Below are positions 9,822-18,529 of a DNA stretch of 64,000 bases, piece by piece; the first letter of the stretch is position 1, and each line of letters opens with the position of its first letter. A program made the position numbers and the translations under genes. The stretch covers positions 4,736,001 through 4,800,000 of the forward strand of contig OZ257156.1 of NCBI GenBank assembly GCA_965279375.1. The letters run 5' to 3'. Origin of the DNA: Gemmatimonas sp. Lineage in GTDB: Bacteria; Gemmatimonadota; Gemmatimonadetes; Gemmatimonadales; Gemmatimonadaceae. A model generated the notes under the pieces. It was not told the DNA's origin and searched no databases. It worked only from the letters and a program-made list of their open reading frames with translations.

Positions 9822-10199
9822 TCAGGCGTTCAAGAAGAGCGGCTCAACGAGAGTCGAGACGAAAAAGAACATCACCAGCGACAGCAGCGCAGGCGTCAGT
9901 GGCACACCCAACGCTTTCGCACCCAGCAGAGCCCAGAAGGCCACCGTGGCCAACCGCAGCACCACGCCCAATCCCCATCCCGCCATCACGTTCTCGCGCG
10001 CCACCAGCTTCGCGATCGCGAACGTGATCAGCTGCACACACACCGCCAGCCAGGCACTCGCCCGCACAGCACTGGCCGCGGCGGCGTCGGTGAAGACGAA
10101 GCGTTGCAGCAACAGCGACAACAGCACGACCAACACCACCTGGACCACGGTGAAGCGGACCAGCCCTCGCAACAGCCCTGCGGACGCGTTTGCCATCAT
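9822..10199 (-). CDS. ATP synthase subunit I-like membrane protein
   Basis: Four hydrophobic segments; immediately upstream of atpB. Confidence 0.7.
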   Translation of the reverse strand: MMANASAGLLRGLVRFTVVQVVLVVLLSLLLQRFVFTDAAAASAVRASAWLAVCVQLITFAIAKLVARENVMAGWGLGVVLRLATVAFWALLGAKALGVPLTPALLSLVMFFFVSTLVEPLFLNA

Positions 10200-10489
10200 C
10201 GGTGATCCTTATCCGTGCGGACCTTCGATGACGGCGTAGTCGCGGTCGACGCGGTCAGTCGCTTGACGCTGAGAAAAAAAGTCCCGCCTCCCCCAAGAAA
10301 CACGCCGAGCAACAGACAGAGCGGTGCGGTACCGAAGCGCCGATCCATCCAGTTCCCTGCGTAGACGAACACGAGCAACGCGACGAGGAACTGCGTGCCC
10401 AAGCCGGCCAGCGCCCACGGCGACACATCGGAAGCGGTGTGCTCGGGAATCGGCTCGGACGGGACATCTGGATGCGGATCTTCGTCCAT
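10196..10489 (-). CDS. AtpZ/AtpI-family two-TM protein (first gene of the atp operon)
   Basis: GNWMDRRFGTAP flanked by two TM helices. ATG at 10489 preferred over the longer track ORF. Confidence 0.8.
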   Translation of the reverse strand: MDEDPHPDVPSEPIPEHTASDVSPWALAGLGTQFLVALLVFVYAGNWMDRRFGTAPLCLLLGVFLGGGGTFFLSVKRLTASTATTPSSKVRTDKDHR

Positions 10490-10510
10490 GCGTGGCGGGA
10501 AGCTAGGCGC

Positions 10511-10528
10511 TTGTGAAACTTTTCGCAA
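10511..10528. promoter_or_regulatory. Rex-type operator upstream of the atp operon
   Basis: TTGTGAA-ACTT-TTCGCAA versus the Rex consensus TTGTGAA-N4-TTCACAA (one mismatch), 21 nt from the first atp start codon. Confidence 0.65.
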
Positions 10529-10610
10529 GCGAAGCGATCTCGTGTTTCCGAACAAAACCCGGCACCGGGTCGGTGACTGGAAAGCGCTCTCGTACAAACA
10601 CTTAGACCAG

Positions 10611-10619
10611 TTATCCACA
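10611..10619 (+). promoter_or_regulatory. Consensus DnaA box
   Basis: Exact TTATCCACA in the divergent intergenic region; single copy. Confidence 0.45.
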
Positions 10620-10620
10620 C

Positions 10621-10649
10621 TTGACAGCATCCACCGCGCCACGTACACT
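10621..10649 (+). promoter_or_regulatory. Sigma70-type promoter for the BsuPI-like/moxR genes
   Basis: TTGACA-17 nt-TACACT, about 93 nt upstream of the ATG at 10743. Confidence 0.65.
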
Positions 10650-10742
10650 GGCCTTGTGCAGGTTTGTGACGATCCGGGCCGGATCGGAATCTGCGCCGTC
10701 TGCGGCACGTCGTCGCCGCTACCCTGGTTGATTACGCCCCTG

Positions 10743-11195
10743 ATGCTTCCACGCATCGTCATCCCGACGCTGGCTACGGCCGTGCTCGTGTTCGCGTGTG
10801 GTCCACGCGCACCGCAGAGCACCGTCTCCGCAACGCGACCGAGCGCTGCGGCAGGGAAAGGCGTCACCTCGCACGTCATGGTCGATACCGCGCGCGGCAA
10901 TGTGCGCTTCGCTATCGAGGTCTCCAACGATTCGCGCAAGCGCGTGGAGCTCAATTTCCCCGACGGTCGTACGCACGACTTCGTGGTGCTCGATGATCGC
11001 GGTCGCGAGGTGTGGCGCTGGAGTCAGGGGCGCATGTTCACGCAGGCGATGCAGAATCGGCTCCTCGACGCGCACGATGCCGTCGTCTACGCCGAACGCT
11101 GGACGCCGCCCGCCCCCGGTCAGTACACGCTCGTCGCGCAACTGCACAGCGAGAACTACCCGGTGCAACAGCGCGTGGAGTTCGCGCTGCACTAG
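10743..11195 (+). CDS. Lipoprotein with BsuPI (intracellular proteinase inhibitor)-like domain
   Basis: Lipobox-like VFA-C, and the pattern LNFPDGRTHDFVV..GREVWRWSQGRMFTQAM typical of BsuPI domains. Confidence 0.75.
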   Translation: MLPRIVIPTLATAVLVFACGPRAPQSTVSATRPSAAAGKGVTSHVMVDTARGNVRFAIEVSNDSRKRVELNFPDGRTHDFVVLDDRGREVWRWSQGRMFTQAMQNRLLDAHDAVVYAERWTPPAPGQYTLVAQLHSENYPVQQRVEFALH

Positions 11196-11360
11196 GAGAG
11201 ACGTCGGGCCCTCGCTGCATGCTCGACATTCCAACGGACGCCCTCGGGCGTCCGTATGCGTTTCCGGCACCGAGGGCTGACACAGCATCAGGGAGTGGTC
11301 CCCGGATCGGTGTCCACGCCGTATGTTCTCCGAGTGGTTCTCAGGTGCTCTGGTGTCCCG

Positions 11361-12392
11361 ATGTCTCCTGCTCCGTCACGCACGTCTCTGACCATCTCGT
11401 CTGCCGTGAACGCTCCTGACGACTCGAACGACCTCGCTCTCCTCGACCGACTCGCGTCCGCCCGACGCGAGCTCGCGCACCAGATCTCGCAACGCATCGT
11501 CGGGCAGACGAAGGTCGTGGACGATCTCGTCACGGCGCTCCTCTCCGGTGGCCACGTCGTGCTCGTCGGCGTGCCGGGGCTCGCCAAGACGCTGCTCGTG
11601 CAGACCGTCTCGCGCGCGCTCGATCTCTCCTTCTCGCGCGTGCAGTTCACGCCGGACCTGATGCCCAGCGACATCACGGGCACCGAGCTGATGGAAGAAG
11701 AGCCGGGCACCGGCAAGCGTGCCTTTCGCTTTGCGCCCGGTCCGGTGTTCGGCAACATGGTCCTCGCCGACGAAATCAATCGCGCCCCGCCAAAGACGCA
11801 GGCCGCACTGCTGCAGGCGATGCAGGAGCGCACGGTGACCGTCGCCGGTCGTACGTACGATCTGCCACGACCGTTCTTCGTGCTCGCTACGCAGAATCCG
11901 ATCGAACAGGAAGGCACGTATCCGCTTCCTGAAGCGCAGCTCGACCGCTTCATGTTCGAGCTCAAGGTGGGCTATCCCACCAAGGCCGAAGAAGAGCAGA
12001 TCGTGATGTCCACGACGGGCGACAAGACGGGTGAGGTGAAGCCCGTGCTGGGTGGCGAAGAGCTGTTGGCCATGCAGCGGCTCGTGCGTCGGCTGCCGGC
12101 ACCGCCGAGTCTCGTGCAGTATGCCGTGAAGCTCGCGCGCAGCACGCGCCCCGATGACGCGGATGCGACGCCGATGGTGAAGAAGTATGTCAGCTGGGGC
12201 GCCGGTCCGCGCGCGTCGCAGTATCTGGTGCTGGGAGCGAAGGCGCGTGCGGCGATGGATGGTCGCGCGATGCCCGATCTCGATGACGTGCGCGCGGTTG
12301 CGCCGGCCGTCCTGCGGCACCGCATGGTGGCAAATTTCCAGGCAGAAGCCGACGGCATTCCCATTGAGTCGTTGATCGAACTGCCGCGGTAA
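11361..12392 (+). CDS. moxR: MoxR-family AAA+ ATPase
   Basis: GVPGLAKT, RVQFTPDLMPSDITG, DEINRAPPKTQAALL and EQEGTYPLPEAQLDRF motifs. Start approximate. Confidence 0.93.
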   Translation: MSPAPSRTSLTISSAVNAPDDSNDLALLDRLASARRELAHQISQRIVGQTKVVDDLVTALLSGGHVVLVGVPGLAKTLLVQTVSRALDLSFSRVQFTPDLMPSDITGTELMEEEPGTGKRAFRFAPGPVFGNMVLADEINRAPPKTQAALLQAMQERTVTVAGRTYDLPRPFFVLATQNPIEQEGTYPLPEAQLDRFMFELKVGYPTKAEEEQIVMSTTGDKTGEVKPVLGGEELLAMQRLVRRLPAPPSLVQYAVKLARSTRPDDADATPMVKKYVSWGAGPRASQYLVLGAKARAAMDGRAMPDLDDVRAVAPAVLRHRMVANFQAEADGIPIESLIELPR

Positions 12393-12510
12393 TTTCGTGG
12401 CAGTGTAGCAGGCGAGGCGAGCGCATCGGCGCGGCGGTGGTTTTCGCTGACGCGCCGATGACGCCCCCTCAAAGATTGTGGCGTGACTTCACCGCCCCGA
12501 GGGATTCTGT

Positions 12511-15500
12511 ATGGCTCGTCCTCGTGCTCGTCTTGCCGTTCCGGTTCCCTGGCTCGTCGACGGCGGCATTCCGCCCACGCGCGATGCCCAGTCGCGCCCT
12601 TTGCTGCGTTTGCAGACGCTCGGGGCTTCCGTGGTGCAGTGCGGCGAGCTGCGCATCGGGCCGTCGGCCGGAGTGCTCTTCGCCATTCTCGTGCGACTCA
12701 CGTATGCGCCGGGCATGCAGGTCGCGCGTGATGAGCTGGTGCATCTCGTCTGGGGCGGGCCCGACTCCGCGCGTCGCCGTGCCAGCTTGCGACAGGCGCT
12801 CTACAAACTGCGGAGCGTTGGCGTGCGCGTCGTGCTCGAGGGCGGGATGGTGCGCCTCGATGCCGCGCAGGTGGCGCGCACGTTTGCCAGTGACCGGAGC
12901 GCGACGCACTTCGAGCGTGATGTCACGCGAGGACACGAGCCGTTCGGTCCGTTCCTGCCGGGCTACGCTGCGCCAACTGCCGCGTTCGACGAGTGGATGG
13001 AGACTGAGCGTGAGAGTATTCACGCGGAGATCCGTCGCGTCCTCGTGGAGCAGTTGCGTGCGCGACGCGAGCGTGCCGATTGGACCGGGGCGGAGGCGTT
13101 GGCGCGATGGCTGTTGCAATTCGATCCACTGCACGAGGATGCGACGCTGACGCTGGCCGAGTGCACCATGCTCGCGGGGGCCAAGCTCGAGGCCATTGCG
13201 ATCCTCGATCGCTATCTCGCGGAGATCGGGCCCGGTGCGGGCGATGTGCGTCTTCCCGCCGCGCAGCTGCGGCGTCGCTTCGTGGAGGCGACACGCGGCA
13301 CGCTCTCCTTTGCGCCGACTGAACGGCACTTCGTGGGGCGCGAGCAGGAGCTGGCCGATCTGACGCTGGCGATGCGTCGCGCGCGATGGCGGGATGGGAG
13401 CGCCGTGCTGTTTCACGGTGCGTCGGGCATCGGCAAGTCCCGGTTCGCGCACGAGGTGACGAAGGTCGCGACGATCGAGGGCGTGCGCGCACTGCACGCG
13501 TGCTGTCGGGAGAGCGATGGCATGCGCACGCTGGCCCTGTTCCATGACATGCTGCCCGAGTTGCTGTCCATTCCGGGCGCATTGGGATGCACGCCGGAAA
13601 GCATGGCCACGCTACAGCGTTTAGTGGGACCGCCACCACGACGCAGCGTGGGTCAGTCGATCGCGCCGGCGAGCGGAGAGACCGCGCGAGGCGAGCCCGC
13701 GGAACCGGCGATTGGGGACGCCGTCGCTGTGGATGCGGACGAAGGGCGCAACGCCAGCGTCGGTGCTGCATCCGAAGCCGAGCTCCCGCCGGTCGCGGGT
13801 GAGCACGACGGGGGCGAGTCAGTCACACCGCGGGAGCCGCTGCCGATGGCCGGATCGATTCGACGGGCGTTCGTTGACCTGATGGCCGCGATCTCTGACG
13901 AACGGCCCGTGCTGCTGGTGATCGACGACGCGCATTGGATGGACCTGGCGTCCTGGGATGTGTTGGCGGACATCATCGATCGCATTTCGGCGCTGCGACT
14001 GGTGGTTCTGGTGATGTCGCGTGAGCCGCACGCGCGCCCCACGCGTCCGGAGCGTGTGCCGACGACGCTCCGGGTACGCCCGATGCCACCCTTGTCGGCC
14101 GAAAGCGGTGCGCAGCTGACGCGCTTGATCGGGAACGACCTCTCCGCGCCGGTAAGTGATTCGCTCTGCGCGTGGTTCGTGGAGGCGAGCGAGGGGAGTC
14201 CGCTCTTTCTTCGCTCGTTGGTGCAGCACTGGATCGAGACCGGCGAAGCGGGCGGCGTTCCGCCAACGCTGGTTGAGGTCATCGAGCAGCGGCTGACGAA
14301 GTTGTCGCCGGAAGCGCTACGGGTTCTGCAGACGGCGGCGTTGCTGGGGGAGGAGGCGAGTGTGGAGAGCACTCAGCATGCGCTCGATTTCTCAACTGCG
14401 AACATTCTGGACTCGTTAGATGAGCTTGCCCGCGCAGGGATGCTCAGAGCCTCTGAGCTCGACCGACTCGTCGCGCAAGAGCTGACCGGTAAGGCCGCAC
14501 TTCGCCGACTCACCGAGGCTTCTCGACGGCTACTCAGCCTGCGAGTCGCTGAATCGATTCAGACACGAGCGAATCTGTGTGCGCTTGGCGACGGCGGAAG
14601 ACTCGCTGCTGCAGTCGTACGAAACTTCTTGGGAGCGGGGTTACACGAGCGCGCGACTACGACCGCAGTCGATCTGGCGGAGACGTTTTTACGAAGCGGG
14701 CTTCCTGCTGAGGCACTACTCGTTTGCGAGTGCGGCGAAGGATTTGTACGCTCCGGTGTCTCGGGGGCGCGACTACGACGACTCGAGATGGAGGCGCTCT
14801 ATCAATGCGGCTGCCATTCTCGGCTGTTGACCGTCGCGAGCGCCAGCCAGACTGCATTCAGTGTGACGTCCAAGTGGGACTCGCACTATCCTTTGGATGT
14901 CCTGCGATATATCGAATCGAGTTCCACGAGCGGTCGAATCACTGACTACGGCGATCTGTGCGCGCGCGCCGTACTGATCGCAGAGAGCGAGATCATCCCT
15001 CCAGACATCAGACTGCGGGCGTCCATCACCGCAATTCGCGTTGCGAGCCACGGTATCGACTCCGCACTACCTGAGAGAGCGTATAGGGCGGCGACAAACG
15101 TGGCAGAGCGCACCGCAAACCAATTCGATGCTCAGGTCACGGCGGCACTTTACTACCACACGGCGTTTGGCAGGCCGGAGGCCGCGATCGATGCTGCAGA
15201 GTGCATAGTCGAACGCATTGCGCCGACCTTGCCAGGTCCCGAGAAGATCGCCTTGCTCGCAGATGTTGCCTACGCGTTTCGCGTCTTAGGCAGGACCGAT
15301 GACGCACTCCGCTTGTTCGAACACGTTCTTGCGGACGCGAAGTCCGACAGAATCTGGCGCACAGCTGGAGTGGCAGCTTGGTACTTGTCACTTATGGCTC
15401 TCGACAGCGATGCAGAAATCGCGCTTGCGAAGCAGTGGATCGAGCAGTGTGAGGAGCTAGCGGTATCAACTCAGGATGAGCTACTGCTCCATATCGCCGC

Positions 15501-15885
15501 TCAGCAGAGCGCGAGGATCGCGACGCTGGAAGGCGACATCAACAGGGCGCTCTCTCGCAACTCGGCATCGAAATGGCTGTTCGTTCAAGCCTCGCACCCG
15601 AAGCGTGTCGCGTCAGAACTCGCCTTGGACCTGTTCATCGCGATCACCACGCGAAATCAGCGCTCTATCGTGGAATTGCTCCCATCGGCCGCGAACAGCC
15701 TCGCGAACTTGAGTGGCGCGCTTGGTCAGGATTTCTTGGCAACACAGGTAATACGAGGGAGTCTCGCGGCCGGGAAGCCGGAGGAGGCGCGTCGCGTCTG
15801 CGGTAGCTATTTGGCTCGGCGAAGAGAACAAAGTCGACATCCCGGCTACTTGATGTCGGCGGTCTCCGCGGCCGCTGCGAGTTAG
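12511..15885 (+). CDS. Large transcriptional regulator: winged-HTH + BTAD + STAND (AAA_16-like) ATPase + C-terminal helical/TPR-like repeats
   Basis: RDELVHLVW..RASLRQALYKLR (wHTH), FDEWMETER..DPLHE (BTAD), FVGREQE, GASGIGKS (Walker A), LLVIDDAHWMD (Walker B) and GSPLF motifs. Confidence 0.85.
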   Translation: MARPRARLAVPVPWLVDGGIPPTRDAQSRPLLRLQTLGASVVQCGELRIGPSAGVLFAILVRLTYAPGMQVARDELVHLVWGGPDSARRRASLRQALYKLRSVGVRVVLEGGMVRLDAAQVARTFASDRSATHFERDVTRGHEPFGPFLPGYAAPTAAFDEWMETERESIHAEIRRVLVEQLRARRERADWTGAEALARWLLQFDPLHEDATLTLAECTMLAGAKLEAIAILDRYLAEIGPGAGDVRLPAAQLRRRFVEATRGTLSFAPTERHFVGREQELADLTLAMRRARWRDGSAVLFHGASGIGKSRFAHEVTKVATIEGVRALHACCRESDGMRTLALFHDMLPELLSIPGALGCTPESMATLQRLVGPPPRRSVGQSIAPASGETARGEPAEPAIGDAVAVDADEGRNASVGAASEAELPPVAGEHDGGESVTPREPLPMAGSIRRAFVDLMAAISDERPVLLVIDDAHWMDLASWDVLADIIDRISALRLVVLVMSREPHARPTRPERVPTTLRVRPMPPLSAESGAQLTRLIGNDLSAPVSDSLCAWFVEASEGSPLFLRSLVQHWIETGEAGGVPPTLVEVIEQRLTKLSPEALRVLQTAALLGEEASVESTQHALDFSTANILDSLDELARAGMLRASELDRLVAQELTGKAALRRLTEASRRLLSLRVAESIQTRANLCALGDGGRLAAAVVRNFLGAGLHERATTTAVDLAETFLRSGLPAEALLVCECGEGFVRSGVSGARLRRLEMEALYQCGCHSRLLTVASASQTAFSVTSKWDSHYPLDVLRYIESSSTSGRITDYGDLCARAVLIAESEIIPPDIRLRASITAIRVASHGIDSALPERAYRAATNVAERTANQFDAQVTAALYYHTAFGRPEAAIDAAECIVERIAPTLPGPEKIALLADVAYAFRVLGRTDDALRLFEHVLADAKSDRIWRTAGVAAWYLSLMALDSDAEIALAKQWIEQCEELAVSTQDELLLHIAAQQSARIATLEGDINRALSRNSASKWLFVQASHPKRVASELALDLFIAITTRNQRSIVELLPSAANSLANLSGALGQDFLATQVIRGSLAAGKPEEARRVCGSYLARRREQSRHPGYLMSAVSAAAAS

Positions 15886-17207
15886 GCCACTGCCTGCGTT
15901 TTCTGGCCCTTTGCTCTTTCGATGATCTGAGTGAAGGACAGAATGCTGCTCTGCGAGTCGGCTGGGGAGAACAGTTGCGGATACAGCGGACTGCTTAGAA
16001 GCGCGTCGCAAATCATAGGATCGAACTGCCTACCCCGAAACTTGACCAATTCAGCGCGAACCTCTGTCTCCGTCATTGCCTTTCGATACGCTCGATCGCT
16101 GGTCATCGCGTCGATCGTGTCTGCAAACATGATGATTCGAGAACCCAGTGGAATTGCATTTCCTGCAATCTTGTCAGGGTAGCCAGTACCGTCCCAATTC
16201 TCATGGTGGTGTCTCACCGCGGGCACGATATCGTGAAACTCCGACAACTTTGCAACGAGCTCAGCGCTCTTGATCGGGTGGAGCTCCATTATCGCGCGCT
16301 CTTCATTGGTTAGACGACCAGGCTTGCTAAGGATTGGGCGAAAAATCTCGTGAATCTTGCCCACGTCATGCAGTAGAGCGGCGATTGCGATTCGCTCGAC
16401 CTCCGGACCGGAGAGACCAATCGCACGCGCAATAATTCTCGAATATCGAGACACGCGCTGCGAATGACCGGAGGTGTACGGGTCGCCATACTCGACGGTG
16501 TGCACGAACAGCTCAAGCAATTCTCTGTTCGTCGTCGCCAGCTGGTGCCGCACTTGGTAGAGCACTCGAAAGCCAACAGAAAGCACGGTCATCGAGAGAA
16601 ATCCCCAAACTCCCCAGTCGACGAATGCTCTCGCAAACAAGTAGACGATCGGAATCGCGACAAGATCGAGCAAGAGCGACTGAGAGTTTCCAGTATACCA
16701 ACAGCGAACGATGCTCTTGCTTTCAGCGATGCCGACCGCGGTTGCGACGGAGAAAGTATTTACGAGAAGAAACGCGAGGACCGCAGCGGAATGCGGCACC
16801 AACTCAAAGCGCACGTCCAGCTGAAGCGACTTGCCGCCGAGCGACAGGTAGAGCAGGCTCGCAACTGCGGCGGCGAGGACGAACTGAGCGATGTTAAACA
16901 GCCGCTTGATCGTCGGCTTGGGCCGGCGTAGTTCGCCGAAGGCCGCCCCAAGCCCGACCATTGCAGCTGTAGCCCACGACGGGTAGAGGACGAGCGCCGT
17001 CAGATAGGGAATGAAGGAAATCTCTCCCAGCGTATTTCCTTGCACTCGGTACCGGAATTGCGAACCAAGTAGTCCGAGCAGCGCGTAACAGAAGGATCCC
17101 AATAGCAGCGCGACGTCAATCGAAGGCTGCTGGAGATACAGACAAGCCAGCGCGGCAGCCGCAGCTGCCACGATCGCATACACGTAGGCGATCACGCTTG
17201 TCTTCAT
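15882..17207 (-). CDS. Membrane-anchored HD-GYP cyclic-dinucleotide phosphodiesterase
   Basis: About 215 aa multi-TM N-terminus, then DPYTSGHSQRV, LLHDVGK, HHHENWDGTGYP and DTIDAMTSDRAYR. Confidence 0.92.
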   Translation of the reverse strand: MKTSVIAYVYAIVAAAAAALACLYLQQPSIDVALLLGSFCYALLGLLGSQFRYRVQGNTLGEISFIPYLTALVLYPSWATAAMVGLGAAFGELRRPKPTIKRLFNIAQFVLAAAVASLLYLSLGGKSLQLDVRFELVPHSAAVLAFLLVNTFSVATAVGIAESKSIVRCWYTGNSQSLLLDLVAIPIVYLFARAFVDWGVWGFLSMTVLSVGFRVLYQVRHQLATTNRELLELFVHTVEYGDPYTSGHSQRVSRYSRIIARAIGLSGPEVERIAIAALLHDVGKIHEIFRPILSKPGRLTNEERAIMELHPIKSAELVAKLSEFHDIVPAVRHHHENWDGTGYPDKIAGNAIPLGSRIIMFADTIDAMTSDRAYRKAMTETEVRAELVKFRGRQFDPMICDALLSSPLYPQLFSPADSQSSILSFTQIIERAKGQKTQAVA

Positions 17208-17246
17208 GAGTCTTGCAAAGTGGCGCCCCCGCCGTCCTAGCTCAAA

Positions 17247-17318
17247 TCAACCCCAGACTTTAGCATCCGCCAAAGCGAACGACATAATCGCGTTCACGAG
17301 CTGGGCCAGAATTCCCAT
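17247..17318 (-). CDS. 23-aa small peptide MGILAQLVNAIMSFALADAKVWG (putative signalling precursor)
   Basis: Below the track length cut-off. ATG at 17318 is preceded by GGAGGTGA (17325-17332) with a 6-nt spacer, and the stop lies 39 nt before the HD-GYP start. Confidence 0.75.
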   Translation of the reverse strand: MGILAQLVNAIMSFALADAKVWG

Positions 17319-17515
17319 GTTGCGTCACCTCCCATCGGGGTAAGTCACGCACGTCCCGCTCGGGGATCGCACGTGCTTTAACGAGGTTGGCTCCGCTCCT
17401 CAAACTTGGCCTGCCCGCTCAGCTCCGCTCTACCGGGAGACGGGGACGTTTTGTGAGTATCGTCTATGGCTGACGATGAAGGGTGAACGGCATGGGCGCG
17501 TGAACCACGCCCGGA

Positions 17516-18421
17516 TTATCGATCAAGTTGCATCCAGCGATTCGTTGCATTGAGCACTGCGAGCACACTGCTCGTCTCAGCGCTCTCCTCAACTTCACAG
17601 CTTCCGGTCAAGAGCACTGTGTCGCGACCGTCGCGCGCCGCAATGCTGACAAAGACGAACTCTCGATCAAACGCGTCCACCACTTGCGATCCTTCCAATG
17701 TCAACGCGCGCGCCCGAACCGACGTCGGCCCCAACGCTTCCACAATCGCCAATACCGTCGCACGTGCCGCGAGATCAATGCGAGAACGCTCGCTCGATTG
17801 ACCCTTCGCCTCTCCGGCAAATGCCCGCGCACCCTGCGACAGCGTCACTCGACACGTCAGCCCGCGCTCACGCGACCGACGCAACTCCACATCCTCGAAC
17901 ACCAACACTCGACGCGCCAGACCGCCCGCCTCACGGCTCCCGTCCGCACCCTCGCGCGCTAAGCTCGGCTCCGGCGCCCGCGATGAGGCCGCCGCCGGCA
18001 TGGAAGCAGACGCCGCGGACAGCGATGGCGCAACCGCTCCGGCGGCAAATGACTGGGACGAACTAGAGGGCGATGCCGACCCGGAAGGGGAGGCCGGCGG
18101 AATGAAGACCGTCGTCGGCGACTTGGCCGCTGACGGCACATCGTTCGCACGATTCGGGTCCAGCGTCGTCGCGATCGAGATCTTGCGGTGATTCACGCGC
18201 AACCCGAGCTGCGCAATCAAGGCACTCTCGATATTCCGCACCGTCTGCTTCGGAGCCACGGCGTCCGTCGTCAAGACGTGCACCTCGTCGATAGCCCCCG
18301 CGTCACTCGGCACAATCCGAACAGACAATACGCCCGGGAGCGTGGCGATCAGCTCCTCGGCGCGACGGATGGGAAGGACACTACCCGCGATCGCGCCTGA
18401 CGGCGCAAACGGCGGGTTCAT
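17516..18421 (-). CDS. Hypothetical two-domain protein with Pro/Ser/Ala linker
   Basis: N-domain IDEVHVLT..PKQTVRNIESAL..NHRKISIA, low-complexity linker, then an alpha/beta C-domain. Start at 18421 chosen to avoid overlap with the upstream gene. Confidence 0.75.
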   Translation of the reverse strand: MNPPFAPSGAIAGSVLPIRRAEELIATLPGVLSVRIVPSDAGAIDEVHVLTTDAVAPKQTVRNIESALIAQLGLRVNHRKISIATTLDPNRANDVPSAAKSPTTVFIPPASPSGSASPSSSSQSFAAGAVAPSLSAASASMPAAASSRAPEPSLAREGADGSREAGGLARRVLVFEDVELRRSRERGLTCRVTLSQGARAFAGEAKGQSSERSRIDLAARATVLAIVEALGPTSVRARALTLEGSQVVDAFDREFVFVSIAARDGRDTVLLTGSCEVEESAETSSVLAVLNATNRWMQLDR

Positions 18422-18529
18422 GCCGAAATTCACTGGAATCGACAGGAAGGACTCCGCAGGTGGATCGGACCAGCGTTGGTCGATCTGTTCTCGACTGTCA
18501 CAATATGTGGTCGAGTTCGCTGGTCGGCA

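Noticed and set aside
10611..10619. Replication origin
   Set aside because: Only one DnaA box, no AT-rich unwinding element and no dnaA/dnaN context.
12511..15885. Avs/NLR-like anti-phage STAND protein
   Set aside because: The N-terminus is wHTH-BTAD (transcription activator), not a nuclease, TIR or SIR2 effector. A defence-related role is not excluded but is unsupported.
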